This document shows, one piece after another, positions 15,571 to 28,057 of a stretch of DNA of 39,094 bases. A program made the position numbers and the translations under genes. The notes under the pieces are model-generated. The model did no database searches. It was not told the DNA's origin and saw nothing but the letters and a program-made list of their open reading frames with translations. How positions within the stretch are numbered: the first letter of the stretch is position 1; every line of letters begins with the position of its first letter. The stretch is from IMG/VR virus record IMGVR_UViG_3300014656_000061, positions 1-39,094 of that record. One strand, written 5' to 3'. The DNA comes from a virus (taxonomy: Duplodnaviria; Caudoviricetes).

Positions 15571-17550
15571 TTATTGCTGGCCGTAAAATGGATTATATCC
15601 ACCCGCCTCGTAAGTACTAATTAATGTATTATATTTGTTGTTTAAGACGTCGTTCAACGTCTTTATTTTATCCTGTGCTGTTCCTTCCGTGTCCCCGAGT
15701 TTTGGCAAGATGTTTTCGTATTTGTCTTCGTCTTCTTTTCTCAATACTCCGCCTTCTAACCCTTTTCCGATAATCTGCTTGACGAGTTGAATTGTAGCCT
15801 TAGCTTGTTGACCTGTTCTATCCCAAGGTATTCTACTCCTGATTGCGCCTTCAATAGGGCCAAATGCTGAGGAACTCTCTCCTAATAACCCTGATAACTT
15901 AGGTAATAGTGATATAGCCTCTTGTGTATTAGACAGGTCTGTTAATGTGCTTGCTGGTAATTTGCTTCCAGTAGTTGCAGTCCCAGACGACAACCCTAAT
16001 AGCTCCATAATTGTACTGGCATCTGATCCGCTTATATCACCATTTAATACTCCCATGGCCAATATTTGTCTTACCTGGTCACTTTGTCCAGTTCCCTGTT
16101 GCTCCATACCTTGTGGTTGTGTAGCTCCTCCACCGAACGCTGCTCTAATTGCCTGTATTCCAGGATCGTCATCACCTAGAGTCGTAGGCATTGTTTGTTG
16201 TTCCTGCACTGGCTGTTGTGGCATTGCAGACATTCCTCCGGCTACTCCGGCTATTGGTGATGTAGCTTGTCCTACCCCTGTTAGTAAATTCTGTATGAAT
16301 GAAGATGGCTGTTGTATTGACGCTTGGCTTCCTTTAGGTGAAAGTAAATCCGCTAATGCGTCGGACGCTTTAGTTGTTGCCGTTCCACCTAGTTTCCCAA
16401 TTAAAGGTGCGCTTATTTCTTTAGTTGCCGTTACCGCTCCAGATTCAATTGATGGACCAACCTTAATGTATTTTGACCACTTGCCTAGCAAATCGCTAGC
16501 CTCTGGTGCTACTACATCCAGTTGCCCCCTTAGCTTATCCCTCATAGTACTGAATATCTGTTTTGCTATTGTGGCTTGGTCCCCGGTTGAATTCTTGAAT
16601 CCACCAGCTGCGTCTTGTATTGTTCCAATTATACTCTTTATTTGTGTAGCGGATAAGTTTCCACCCTCATCAGCACTTTCAGCTATTAGATTCATAAAGT
16701 AATTGAAAGTATCAGGATCCTTTGTTTGTAGATATTTCATTGTCGAGTCGTTTGCTATGTCTGCCAACACTTCGTTTGCTTTGGCTATACCAGTAGAAGT
16801 AGAAAGTGCACTGTCAACCTGTTTTGATAATATTGTTTTTATTTGAGGCAATGCCTCTGCTTTTGAGTATCTATTTGATACGTCCAGTCCATAGGTTCTT
16901 GCGTCATCTGCTAATTCACCTGCAAACTTCTTTGCTTCTGTCCATCCACCCAAACTCTTGACGTCTGCCTTACTTAAATTCAAACTCTTTGTGAATGAGT
17001 CGGATGCTGGTTTTGCAGATTTAAGTTTAGCAGTCATAGAGGTTCCAAGTTTACCAAGTCCATATCCTATTGCTCCGAGTCCTCCTCCTATGGGTGCTGC
17101 TTTTAATGCGGATATAACTTCTTCGCCTTTTGGTGCATATCCACCTGCTCCCATGGCAGTTCCTAATGCTCCAGTTCCGATACTACCTAATAATGAAGAT
17201 GCTCCTGGCATTACCATTGACCCACCAATTAAAGCATTCTTTACAGCTGTTCTTGGGGTTAATAACTCAGAAGCTACTTGTCTCTGTTGTTCTTGTGGAG
17301 TTACACCTAGTATTTCATTGAGTGTTTTATTTGCAGTTGGCGTTACTTGCTCTTGTGTTAATGCACTGTGGGCAGATTGACTTGCCTTGAGTGCTTTCTT
17401 ATATTCTGCTGTTGATTTATAGTCCTCTGGTTTAACACGTTTGACACCACTTGCTAATTGTACAAGTTTAATCATTTCAGCCAAGTCTCTACCTGGTGTA
17501 GTTACAAATTTTCCTGCTCCCTTTAATATATCACTGAATTTTAGAGCCAT
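15571..17550 (-). CDS. Putative DNA ejection/internal virion protein
   Basis: Long helical, Gly/Ala/Gln-rich protein in the podovirus ejection-gene position; start MALKFS at 17550. Confidence 0.6.
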   Translation of the reverse strand: MALKFSDILKGAGKFVTTPGRDLAEMIKLVQLASGVKRVKPEDYKSTAEYKKALKASQSAHSALTQEQVTPTANKTLNEILGVTPQEQQRQVASELLTPRTAVKNALIGGSMVMPGASSLLGSIGTGALGTAMGAGGYAPKGEEVISALKAAPIGGGLGAIGYGLGKLGTSMTAKLKSAKPASDSFTKSLNLSKADVKSLGGWTEAKKFAGELADDARTYGLDVSNRYSKAEALPQIKTILSKQVDSALSTSTGIAKANEVLADIANDSTMKYLQTKDPDTFNYFMNLIAESADEGGNLSATQIKSIIGTIQDAAGGFKNSTGDQATIAKQIFSTMRDKLRGQLDVVAPEASDLLGKWSKYIKVGPSIESGAVTATKEISAPLIGKLGGTATTKASDALADLLSPKGSQASIQQPSSFIQNLLTGVGQATSPIAGVAGGMSAMPQQPVQEQQTMPTTLGDDDPGIQAIRAAFGGGATQPQGMEQQGTGQSDQVRQILAMGVLNGDISGSDASTIMELLGLSSGTATTGSKLPASTLTDLSNTQEAISLLPKLSGLLGESSSAFGPIEGAIRSRIPWDRTGQQAKATIQLVKQIIGKGLEGGVLRKEDEDKYENILPKLGDTEGTAQDKIKTLNDVLNNKYNTLISTYEAGGYNPFYGQQ

Positions 17551-17554
17551 GTTA

Positions 17555-18289
17555 TTACATAAATAAGTTATATGACATTGGTTTTGCCGGTGCATTACCA
17601 AGTGCTACCCATAATCCCTCAGGGTTCAATTTCACTCCAAGCCCCTGTGCTTGTTTCATAATTTCATTGTAGTATGTATTAAACGCATCAGAACTCATAT
17701 TTGTGGTCTGTCTTAGTTGTTTAATGGAATCTACTGCTTTCATTACTTTTTGTTGTGGTGTTTCCGACGTAGCAGTAATACCTTCACCCCCCATACCAAT
17801 GGCTTGTAAAATTTCGGCTAGATTACTACCCCCAGAGGATGCTCCCTGGCTTCTGTTAAATTGATCCTGTTGTACTGAATCCTGATACAATCTCCATGCG
17901 TTTTCTGCTGCTGTGTTAGCCTGTGTAGCTCTTTGGGTTTCCGCTCCGAGTGCCTTTCCTAAAATATCCGAGTATTTATTTCCCCTCGCTCCTAGTAGGT
18001 TTGTTGCCTGAGAATAGTTAGTTAATGGCGCTTGTCTTGCTTGTGCTATCAAAGCCATTTGTTTGGTTGGGTCTGTAATCAAGGAATTAGCATATTTCTC
18101 TCTAAGTGTAGGTGCTACTGTTTGTAACTCTCCCAGGGAAGATGCCTGTTGAGTTATAAGGTCTTTGTTATATCCTGTAGCCTCACCATATGCCTTCTCA
18201 AAGTCATTTTTGAATTGATTAGGATCGTAGGTCTGAGCTTGATTATATAAATCCTCGTATTGTTTTAATCTTTCTTCTGTAGTCGCCAT
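17555..18289 (-). CDS. Putative ejection/internal virion protein
   Basis: Ala/Gln-rich helical protein; position in the gene order. Confidence 0.55.
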   Translation of the reverse strand: MATTEERLKQYEDLYNQAQTYDPNQFKNDFEKAYGEATGYNKDLITQQASSLGELQTVAPTLREKYANSLITDPTKQMALIAQARQAPLTNYSQATNLLGARGNKYSDILGKALGAETQRATQANTAAENAWRLYQDSVQQDQFNRSQGASSGGSNLAEILQAIGMGGEGITATSETPQQKVMKAVDSIKQLRQTTNMSSDAFNTYYNEIMKQAQGLGVKLNPEGLWVALGNAPAKPMSYNLFM

Positions 18290-18305
18290 TTGTTTATATA
18301 TTTAA

Positions 18306-18977
18306 TTAAGCTCTCGTAGCCTTGTTAAGCCAATCCAAATAACTCGTTCCATAAGTGCCTGCACTTGTTGTAGGTTTCGCCACTTTATACGGCGTGTAAT
18401 TGGTCGCTGCTGGTTTCTGTTTGCCCTCACTCTGTTCATAAACGTCTTGTAATAGCCCATATTCCTGCTGAGCGTTAGCTTTCTGTTGTAATACATCGGC
18501 TTCTATTCCAGCTTGTTGTTCTTGTCCATACTGTCTATACATATCACCCAATGCCTGCCCTCGGATACCACTTCTAGTCAAGTTTCTGCCTGCAAATCCA
18601 CTCTCCAATCCGCCTTGTGCTTGTTGAACTATGGGTGCATAATAGTTGGCGTATGCCTGTTCTGCTGATCCTTGTACTAATTCTGGGTTAAAATACTGGC
18701 TAAACGGCATAACTTCCCCAAAAGGTGTTAATGCTACTGCTTGCCCAGCTTGTGTTCCTGCTTGAGTCCCGGCGCTTACTGCTGGTGCTGTGGCTACAGG
18801 TGCTTGAGCAGCTGGTGCTGTAGAACCGTATGTAAGGGATTGACCGGATCTGATTAAATTAGGGTTTGCCCCTATAACTGATTTATTCTGGTTGTACAAA
18901 TTCTGCCAATTGGAAATACCTAACTTCTTTGCTATTCCACTAAGGGTGTCCCCTGGTTTGACTACATAGGTCGCCAT
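18306..18977 (-). CDS. LysM-domain virion protein
   Basis: YVVKPGDTLSGIAKKLG...NPNLIRSGQSL LysM domain, then an Ala/Pro linker and a Gln-rich helical region. Confidence 0.88.
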   Translation of the reverse strand: MATYVVKPGDTLSGIAKKLGISNWQNLYNQNKSVIGANPNLIRSGQSLTYGSTAPAAQAPVATAPAVSAGTQAGTQAGQAVALTPFGEVMPFSQYFNPELVQGSAEQAYANYYAPIVQQAQGGLESGFAGRNLTRSGIRGQALGDMYRQYGQEQQAGIEADVLQQKANAQQEYGLLQDVYEQSEGKQKPAATNYTPYKVAKPTTSAGTYGTSYLDWLNKATRA

Positions 18978-19043
18978 GTATTAGAGCTTACAAAATAAAC
19001 TCCCTCGTTTATCTATATATATAATTATAACATATCGTAACAT

Positions 19044-19952
19044 CTAGGTTAGAAGATTAAACTCTTCTGTAATGGGCAGGGAGAAGATTATATATTTAAG
19101 ATATATTGTCCTTGCCGGGAAAGTGTAATTGGTAGCCGAAAACGTCAATCTTTTATACCGGAGAATTAGATTGGTCTCATCTACGTATACTTTGCATATC
19201 TCATTCCCTTGATAGGTTATCCCAACATTGGTAAGCCAATTCTCTGCCTGTGTATTATTGAGATTATTAATTGTTATTGTAGTCGGAAAGTCAGTTGCTT
19301 CGTCGGTGTAGACGATATTAAGGTTGAGCCCTTCTGTTCCATCAATATCCATTGGTGAAAACACCGGAGGGAATGTTAGCCCGTGTGCTACGGTAAACTC
19401 ATCAACTCTCCACCCATCTGTATTTTTACGGACGTTCTGTGGTAAGCTACAAGTCAACGTCCCCTGTTTTACAACTTGAAATGTGTGGTACTTACTATCA
19501 AAACGTCTCTTGTAATCAGCGTCTTCTATTGAGTTAGAAACAACAATTCTATTCCCATTAAGTATTGTTTGTGCGGGATCTGTAGACGGATTTTCAAGTG
19601 GGTCTAAAAATAATACTGCATATGAATCCTCGGTCCCGGCGTAGTTATTTATAATACTTGAAGAATCTGTATATGGGTCTGGAACTTGCGAATAATTTGT
19701 CACAGCGTATCGTGATGGAGAGAATGTGTTTACCGATGGGAAATTAGGGTCTTCCGCTGAAAATTCTTGGTACATTATCGATGCAGGAGGGTATGTTAAT
19801 CCATGGGAAAACGTTGCCACACCACTTGACGGAGTAGTTTTTTGAACTGCATATATTTTTGGGATTAGCACCTCACTGGTCAAAGCCTTCTGTGATAATG
19901 TCGCGGTATTTAAATCTATATTTTCTTTAGCCACTTCTATTATAGGTGTCAT
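19044..19952 (-). CDS. Tail/structural protein
   Basis: Beta-rich; HGLTYPP and HGLTFPP internal duplication. Confidence 0.55.
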   Translation of the reverse strand: MTPIIEVAKENIDLNTATLSQKALTSEVLIPKIYAVQKTTPSSGVATFSHGLTYPPASIMYQEFSAEDPNFPSVNTFSPSRYAVTNYSQVPDPYTDSSSIINNYAGTEDSYAVLFLDPLENPSTDPAQTILNGNRIVVSNSIEDADYKRRFDSKYHTFQVVKQGTLTCSLPQNVRKNTDGWRVDEFTVAHGLTFPPVFSPMDIDGTEGLNLNIVYTDEATDFPTTITINNLNNTQAENWLTNVGITYQGNEICKVYVDETNLILRYKRLTFSATNYTFPARTIYLKYIIFSLPITEEFNLLT

Positions 19953-20398
19953 TCTTCGTCTGCAAATATTTTATATTCATACTTCATTCCACTTAAATTG
20001 TATTTACTCAGCATAAACCCATCTCCGGTATTCTCATAAAACTTGAATTTCACATAAGAATCCGTCTTTTCTATAGAGGCAACAAACCCAGCTCCATCGT
20101 CTGATGTATACACTATACAAGTATATGGCAGGGCAGTAAATTTGCTTATTTTGACCTTTTGTGTCGTACCGCCGTCGGCTTCGACATAGTATCCAGATGC
20201 CTGAACAACGGGTACAAACCCTAAGTTATGTGTGATCGTTATAGTATGTGAATATGAATTAGAAGAATTAAGATCGTACGATCCGCTCCCTGAAAATGCA
20301 ACTTTGAAATGATTTTTAGAAGAGTCTATTGTGCGGTACTTAGGGTCATCTTGGTATATGTCATACCCTTTTCTGGCAGCAATTATTATTGACTTCAT
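19949..20398 (-). CDS. Tail/structural protein
   Basis: ITHNLGFVP motif related to the neighbouring gene; ATGA-coupled. Confidence 0.55.
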   Translation of the reverse strand: MKSIIIAARKGYDIYQDDPKYRTIDSSKNHFKVAFSGSGSYDLNSSNSYSHTITITHNLGFVPVVQASGYYVEADGGTTQKVKISKFTALPYTCIVYTSDDGAGFVASIEKTDSYVKFKFYENTGDGFMLSKYNLSGMKYEYKIFADEE

Positions 20399-20619
20399 TT
20401 TTCAAATCCTATATAGATTGATAATTTCCCATTCTCATCATACATCTGGACACTTCCGTTGGGGCCAAATTTCCAAACCCCCTGTACGCCACCAGCCCCA
20501 ATTGAAGTAACAGACACGTCCTGTTGTGTAGACAAAGTCCCCGTAGTAACTACTACCGGCTTAGTTAGGTATTGCCCCAGTTGTGCCCTTATTTGTTCTA
20601 CTGTTAGTGTATTAGCCAT
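20395..20619 (-). CDS. Small tail protein
   Basis: ORF coupled to its neighbours in the tail block. Confidence 0.5.
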   Translation of the reverse strand: MANTLTVEQIRAQLGQYLTKPVVVTTGTLSTQQDVSVTSIGAGGVQGVWKFGPNGSVQMYDENGKLSIYIGFEK

Positions 20620-22099
20620 TCCTTTTTTCTATGTCGTAGATTAAATTCAGCCCATAAATCTGATAACCTGATCCGCTTGCACTATGGCTTAGCTTGAATT
20701 CCACAAACTTTCCCGAAGCCTTTGAAGGCAGTATTAATCTCTGTACTTTAATCTCGTCTGTTCCACTTAGAGATATATTGCTTGTAGTATCTTCTATATT
20801 ACTCCATGTCCCTGTTCCACCAATTCTATACTGTGCCGTTATGTAATCAGCTACGTTTGTTGGTTTGAATGTTACTTGAGCCTCATAGGCCGTCTTGACG
20901 TTGTCTACATGCTCTGCCGCTCCAAATAGCTTAGGTGTCTGGTACACGCTCCCCTGTGCTGATCCGTTTAGTGCATAACCTGTATCTGCTTGCCATACTT
21001 GCTGTCCATCAGGATTGGTTGTGTATACTTCATATATCCCACCTGCCTTATTCCTTGCCCAATATTTAAATGGTCTATTGATTAACAAGTCCCATGAATT
21101 CAATAATATATCATATCTCAAAACTACGTCTGTGTAAGCAGTTCCGGAGTATGTAACATCTCCGAGATATAAACAGTATCTTCCATAGCTATCTAGCCCT
21201 CCTGTAACCGTTGTAGCGTCTGTGACGCACTCTAGCCAGTCTGTAACAGGTCTGCTGATAAGTGTAGCCTCAACTCCTCCTGCGTACATATACACGCCTC
21301 CTCTGTTGTACCATAGTAATCTACTCTCTGTAGCTTGTACTGTTGCACCGTTAGTTGTTCCACCGTTTACATTCAAGAATTTCAATGAATACTCATCCCA
21401 TGCTGCTACTTTGTTCTGCCCAAATACAAACAATGTACCACTGAATTCCTTTAGTCTAATAATACCCTCTCCAAAGTCGTCAATGTAGTTGTTGTCTGGG
21501 AATGTGTCCTTAGCTACTTCTGAGAAGATTATTCTTGACGGGTATGTGCTAGAACTTACTTTTACATTTCCTGCATAGATTCTGCCTTTGTAAATCTCCA
21601 AATGTTTAGCATAGTAATTAGCAATGCTTGAAATGCTTGCTCCTGTAGTATATTTAATCGTTCCGCTTGATAATCCTTGAGATATATACATTCTCTCTAC
21701 ATAAGTTCCTGCTGCCGTCCCAACTCCTGTGCCTGTATTGATAAACGATACGGAGAATTCTACAGGATCACTACCAGTTCCAAACCCTGTCCCAACAGAA
21801 GCAAAAGAACTCCCATTATACTTATACAGAGACTCACTATATACTTGGTATAGTTCATTGTTTCCATTCTCCTTATTCCATGCAAATATACCTCTATTTG
21901 AGCCCGATCCTACACCAGTTCCTATCTGTGCATATCCTGGAGCTTTCTTTAATTGGCCTGGTCGTGAAATGTCTACGTTGTAGCAAAATGGTGTTTCATT
22001 GGTCTTGAGTAACAAAGGAGAAACAAATCCCTGATATCCCCCCGTAAAGTCAATGTATTTCTGTGTAACTCGTTTCGTTCTTCCCGATGTATATGCCAT
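20612..22099 (-). CDS. Tail nozzle/stabilisation protein (P22 gp10 / T7 gp12-like)
   Basis: DFTGG......L..NE....NVD....GQL.K.PG N-terminus and a beta-propeller-like body. Confidence 0.7.
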   Translation of the reverse strand: MAYTSGRTKRVTQKYIDFTGGYQGFVSPLLLKTNETPFCYNVDISRPGQLKKAPGYAQIGTGVGSGSNRGIFAWNKENGNNELYQVYSESLYKYNGSSFASVGTGFGTGSDPVEFSVSFINTGTGVGTAAGTYVERMYISQGLSSGTIKYTTGASISSIANYYAKHLEIYKGRIYAGNVKVSSSTYPSRIIFSEVAKDTFPDNNYIDDFGEGIIRLKEFSGTLFVFGQNKVAAWDEYSLKFLNVNGGTTNGATVQATESRLLWYNRGGVYMYAGGVEATLISRPVTDWLECVTDATTVTGGLDSYGRYCLYLGDVTYSGTAYTDVVLRYDILLNSWDLLINRPFKYWARNKAGGIYEVYTTNPDGQQVWQADTGYALNGSAQGSVYQTPKLFGAAEHVDNVKTAYEAQVTFKPTNVADYITAQYRIGGTGTWSNIEDTTSNISLSGTDEIKVQRLILPSKASGKFVEFKLSHSASGSGYQIYGLNLIYDIEKRNG

Positions 22100-22149
22100 A
22101 ATTATTGGTACAAATTTACTCTCTCATATATATAATTATACCATTAAGG

Positions 22150-23328
22150 CTATGCTATGTGTTCCCAACCCTTTACTCCAGGATACATGGCAGATAGATA
22201 TACCTGATACAGCTCTCTCATCCAATCCTCTAGTTCCCATTGCATATTACTCATTAAGTATCTCTCTGCTCTAGCTCGGATCACATATGGGTCTAGTTTA
22301 TCCACAAGTTTCGCACCCTCTATAAAATCGTTAAGCGTATGACACCTGAAACCTGTTATTCCATCCTCGACTGTGTCTAGGAAAGCTCCAAAATCGGTTG
22401 TTAAAACAGGTGTGCCGCATAATTGAGATTCTACGTTCGTGCCGCCAAATGGTTCTAAGTATATAGTAGGTATAAAACATGCTTTTGCTTTACTCATAAG
22501 CCTTGTTCTTTCTTCTGGTCCCACATAGCCTATGTATTCTACGTGTGGGTAATCGATGTTAACCTTGTCATAATCATCCTTTTGCCCTGCTATGATTAAC
22601 TTCTTTCCAAGTGCCTGTGTAGCGTCAATGGCTATTTTAATACCCTTTCTCCATATAAGTCTCCCTATAAAGAAATAGTAATCCTCTTTTTCAGCGCTGA
22701 AGGTAAAATCCTTGTCATCGAAATAATTTGGGAATACCCTGTCATAGTGTGCTCCATTTCTGCATTCCCCTGGGTCTTCTTTTCCATAAGTGGCATTCAT
22801 AATATAACTACTCTCAAACCCCCTCCATACCGTCTTACCACTGGCTAAATTTGGTACACTTCCCCTGTATCCTATTCCAGGCTCCATTGTCAAAAATAGG
22901 TCTACAGCATCGGCTATACCCTTGTTGAAATACCCCTGCATAATCATTAAGAAGTCGTCTGGTTGCTTACGTTTACTTATCTCTGTAATAGCGTTCTTAT
23001 AGAATTTCTTTGTACACTCTGTTGGCTCCTTATTGATATCGTGTCTAAACATAGTAGATTTCCAGTCATATCCGATCTCAAATCTATTATCACCATCTCC
23101 CCAAGTATCTCTAATGTCCTTTAATGTATGAGTAACTACATATTCTGTACATGGTACATCCCCACCCTCTGCTCCATAAACATAAACCTCGTGCCCTAAG
23201 TTCATAAGCATTTTAGCCATCTTGACGGCCTTCTGTGTGAAAGCGCAGCCCATATATCTTTCACTAACTGGAAGATGTGATAATCCTACAATATGAACTC
23301 TATAATGGTCCTTTTGTCTTGGTATCAT
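22150..23328 (-). CDS. GT-B (GT4-like) glycosyltransferase
   Basis: FIGRLIWRKG and EPFGGTNVESQLCGTPVLTTDFG (E-x7-E); likely start MIPRQK at 23328. Confidence 0.9.
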   Translation of the reverse strand: MIPRQKDHYRVHIVGLSHLPVSERYMGCAFTQKAVKMAKMLMNLGHEVYVYGAEGGDVPCTEYVVTHTLKDIRDTWGDGDNRFEIGYDWKSTMFRHDINKEPTECTKKFYKNAITEISKRKQPDDFLMIMQGYFNKGIADAVDLFLTMEPGIGYRGSVPNLASGKTVWRGFESSYIMNATYGKEDPGECRNGAHYDRVFPNYFDDKDFTFSAEKEDYYFFIGRLIWRKGIKIAIDATQALGKKLIIAGQKDDYDKVNIDYPHVEYIGYVGPEERTRLMSKAKACFIPTIYLEPFGGTNVESQLCGTPVLTTDFGAFLDTVEDGITGFRCHTLNDFIEGAKLVDKLDPYVIRARAERYLMSNMQWELEDWMRELYQVYLSAMYPGVKGWEHIA

Positions 23329-23947
23329 CGGAAGCGTAATTGTCTCCGAGAAACACCCCGTAGAATGCTTGTCCATGTAAACCTTTTGCACTTAAATTAA
23401 CTACTTTGCCCTCTCCGTGTAGCCAATCTTCTAAAACTTCTTTTGTGAATTCGTGAGGGTGTCCATCGTTGGTTCCTGTCTCTATCCATTCAAACAATCG
23501 TATAATCTTACCTACTCTCTGTGCATTCCTTATAATCTTCTTAGGATCTTCTGTGTGCTGAAGGCAATTGTAAATCCACACTTCGTCAAACATTCCGTCT
23601 TTGAAAGTATCGTCAATATTCTCCCCTTTGTCTTTAACACATCCTATCCCACAAGCGTTATATCTACCGATTACCCAATCAGGATAATCACAAGGGTCAA
23701 TAACCATTCCTTTAACATTTTCACACTTGAGTAATATTGAACTTGGGCCACCACCAATATCTAAAACAGTTTGCCCGTTCATGGGTATTCGTAAATCAGT
23801 GTAGGCATTGGGAACAATCTTGAGTCCGAGGTATTTGGCGAGTTCCATTTGTTTGTTATCCTCCCAAACGGTATTGGCACAATTCCCCCACCAATCTTTT
23901 TCAAATACTTGAGCTTTCTTCCATTCTGTCTCGTTTTTCTTTGACAT
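23300..23947 (-). CDS. Class I SAM-dependent methyltransferase
   Basis: VLDIGGGP and FDEVWIYNCLQHTEDP motifs; leaderless (TGATATAAT 5 nt before the ATG). Confidence 0.85.
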   Translation of the reverse strand: MSKKNETEWKKAQVFEKDWWGNCANTVWEDNKQMELAKYLGLKIVPNAYTDLRIPMNGQTVLDIGGGPSSILLKCENVKGMVIDPCDYPDWVIGRYNACGIGCVKDKGENIDDTFKDGMFDEVWIYNCLQHTEDPKKIIRNAQRVGKIIRLFEWIETGTNDGHPHEFTKEVLEDWLHGEGKVVNLSAKGLHGQAFYGVFLGDNYASDDTKTKGPL

Positions 23948-23965
23948 GATTTATTATATCATACT

Positions 23966-24565
23966 TTAGGTTGGGTCAGAAGGACCACCTCCGATACCCA
24001 CGACTCTAAATGCAGGAAGTGCGTATTTCTGGCCTATTACAGGGGTTGTAGTTGGAGCTGTATAATATACCTTAATACGGATGTGGTCTACATCGGCGTT
24101 TTGGTCAAATGTCCAAGTAAATTTCCTCTCAATTTCAACCTCTATTCCGTCTATCGTCGCACCCATAGGTACAGAAAAACTAAAGTTTGAGGCTTTGAGA
24201 TAGTGAGAGTAAAGAGTGATATCTTGATAATAGGAGTCTACGCTTAATACTACTCCAAAATTAATATCATTCACATCTTCTACAACCCATGCCTCACCCC
24301 ATAAGTCGTCTACTCCCCCATAAGAAACATACGACTCTGTACTAGACCAAGTTCCAAGGGCTTTGTTTTGAGTGCCAATGCTCCCATCGGATTTGACTAT
24401 GCTTACCCTATTGTCTTTTAAGTTAGGTGTTACTCCGCCCCTTCCCACGCTCCTCGTATATGTGTCATCACTTACTTTTGCATTATCAGGATTACTCCAA
24501 GCAACAGTTCCTATGATATCATCATCTACACAAGTTCCTGGGTTTTTCCATCCTGTATCACTCAT
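23966..24565 (-). CDS. Putative fibre-associated structural protein
   Basis: Beta-rich, with YGG..DLWG..W...DVND.NFGV and F.F.VP.GATIDGIEV.IE motifs. Confidence 0.55.
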   Translation of the reverse strand: MSDTGWKNPGTCVDDDIIGTVAWSNPDNAKVSDDTYTRSVGRGGVTPNLKDNRVSIVKSDGSIGTQNKALGTWSSTESYVSYGGVDDLWGEAWVVEDVNDINFGVVLSVDSYYQDITLYSHYLKASNFSFSVPMGATIDGIEVEIERKFTWTFDQNADVDHIRIKVYYTAPTTTPVIGQKYALPAFRVVGIGGGPSDPT

Positions 24566-24669
24566 TTAAGTAGTAACCAAATTAAAACTGCACAAAAATA
24601 CTGTTTCCATATAAGTATAACACCTAGCATAGTAAGTATGCCTAGTATGTAAAACAATAGTTCTTTCAT
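24562..24669 (-). CDS. Small hydrophobic peptide (35 aa; not in the ORF track)
   Basis: MKELLFYILGILTMLGVILIWKQYFCAVLIWLLLK; ATGA overlap with the next gene. Confidence 0.5.
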   Translation of the reverse strand: MKELLFYILGILTMLGVILIWKQYFCAVLIWLLLK

Positions 24670-24690
24670 CACGACATCCTAAATTAAATA

Positions 24691-27057
<2,367 letters not shown>

Positions 27058-27059
27058 GG

Positions 27060-27329
27060 TTATATATCGCTAATCTTAGTATAGGTTGTACTTGCGTCGG
27101 CGATCTCTGTATATGTAATGCCGTCGCTCCCCTTGCTCACCACTATGAACGTAGTGCTACTCTCATTCATTATCGGTTCTCTCTTTCCCTCTGTAGCTAA
27201 CTTCAGTAGCCCTCCAAATGGTTTATTCTGTGTATACTTATCGGAAATTTTTGTATGGGTCGTACTAACATCTGCAATATCTGTGTATACACTAGATACA
27301 TTGTTTATTTTTGTGTATGCAGTAGGCAT
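27060..27329 (-). CDS. Small Ser/Thr-rich repeat protein
   Basis: 10-aa period (Y/H)T(K/D/E)IxD repeats. Confidence 0.6.
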   Translation of the reverse strand: MPTAYTKINNVSSVYTDIADVSTTHTKISDKYTQNKPFGGLLKLATEGKREPIMNESSTTFIVVSKGSDGITYTEIADASTTYTKISDI

Positions 27330-27991
27330 TATAACCCTCCATAGTCATCTACTATAGTTATTCTTCCGTTAGTATCAATGTTTCTCTCTACAATATCATT
27401 CTCCATTTCAACCAATTCACTCTTGAATTGCCCCATTAAACCATCTCCTTCAGAAGGTAGTCCTAATGTATATTTACCCTTAGCAGCAGCATATAATGGA
27501 AGTAGATAATCATAATCGAATGGAAGTCCTGTTGTATCTGTGTCGCCAGTCATATCTGCGGGATCCTCTATGTAGTAAAGGTACAACCCGTCAGTTACGG
27601 AAGCTGTTGGTGTAGGTCTTATTTCATACATATCCCCTAGAATAGTATACTTAGGGTCTGCCATTGAATAACTATCGGAGGTTCTTTCACCTATCTCGCC
27701 AATGTCTAACTGATCAGCTTTGATTCTATTTCCAGAGCTCTCATATCCTAACTCTACCCGAACAAACTTTCTAAAATCAGTTGGAAGCCCATATAATGAT
27801 TGACTTGCTACTAAGTTAGCTTTAGCCATTCTCACTTTATAATTCTGTCCCAATGAAAGGAGTCTATCAAGCACAATTCCTCTAGCCGTATTGATATCTC
27901 TTTTAACCTGTGTGAGGCTTACTGTGCTACTCGCATCAATAGTCATGTTCAGAATATCGCCAACCTCCGTCTGTAATTGTAAGAATGCCAT
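27329..27991 (-). CDS. Head-tail adaptor protein
   Basis: IN.A.....Y.LP.DF....RV...I.P.P....LYY..P..M...D...LP..Y..LL.LYA pattern; lies between capsid and nozzle genes. Confidence 0.7.
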   Translation of the reverse strand: MAFLQLQTEVGDILNMTIDASSTVSLTQVKRDINTARGIVLDRLLSLGQNYKVRMAKANLVASQSLYGLPTDFRKFVRVELGYESSGNRIKADQLDIGEIGERTSDSYSMADPKYTILGDMYEIRPTPTASVTDGLYLYYIEDPADMTGDTDTTGLPFDYDYLLPLYAAAKGKYTLGLPSEGDGLMGQFKSELVEMENDIVERNIDTNGRITIVDDYGGL

Positions 27992-28057
27992 TACCTAATA
28001 TAATCAAATAATCCCCCTCGTTTGCTCTCATTCACTATATTTAATTATACCATGGAA

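Noticed and set aside
15947-17380. Long plus-strand ORFs (251 aa and 140 aa)
   Set aside because: Antisense to the Gly/Ala-rich ejection gene; their composition is what the reverse frame predicts.
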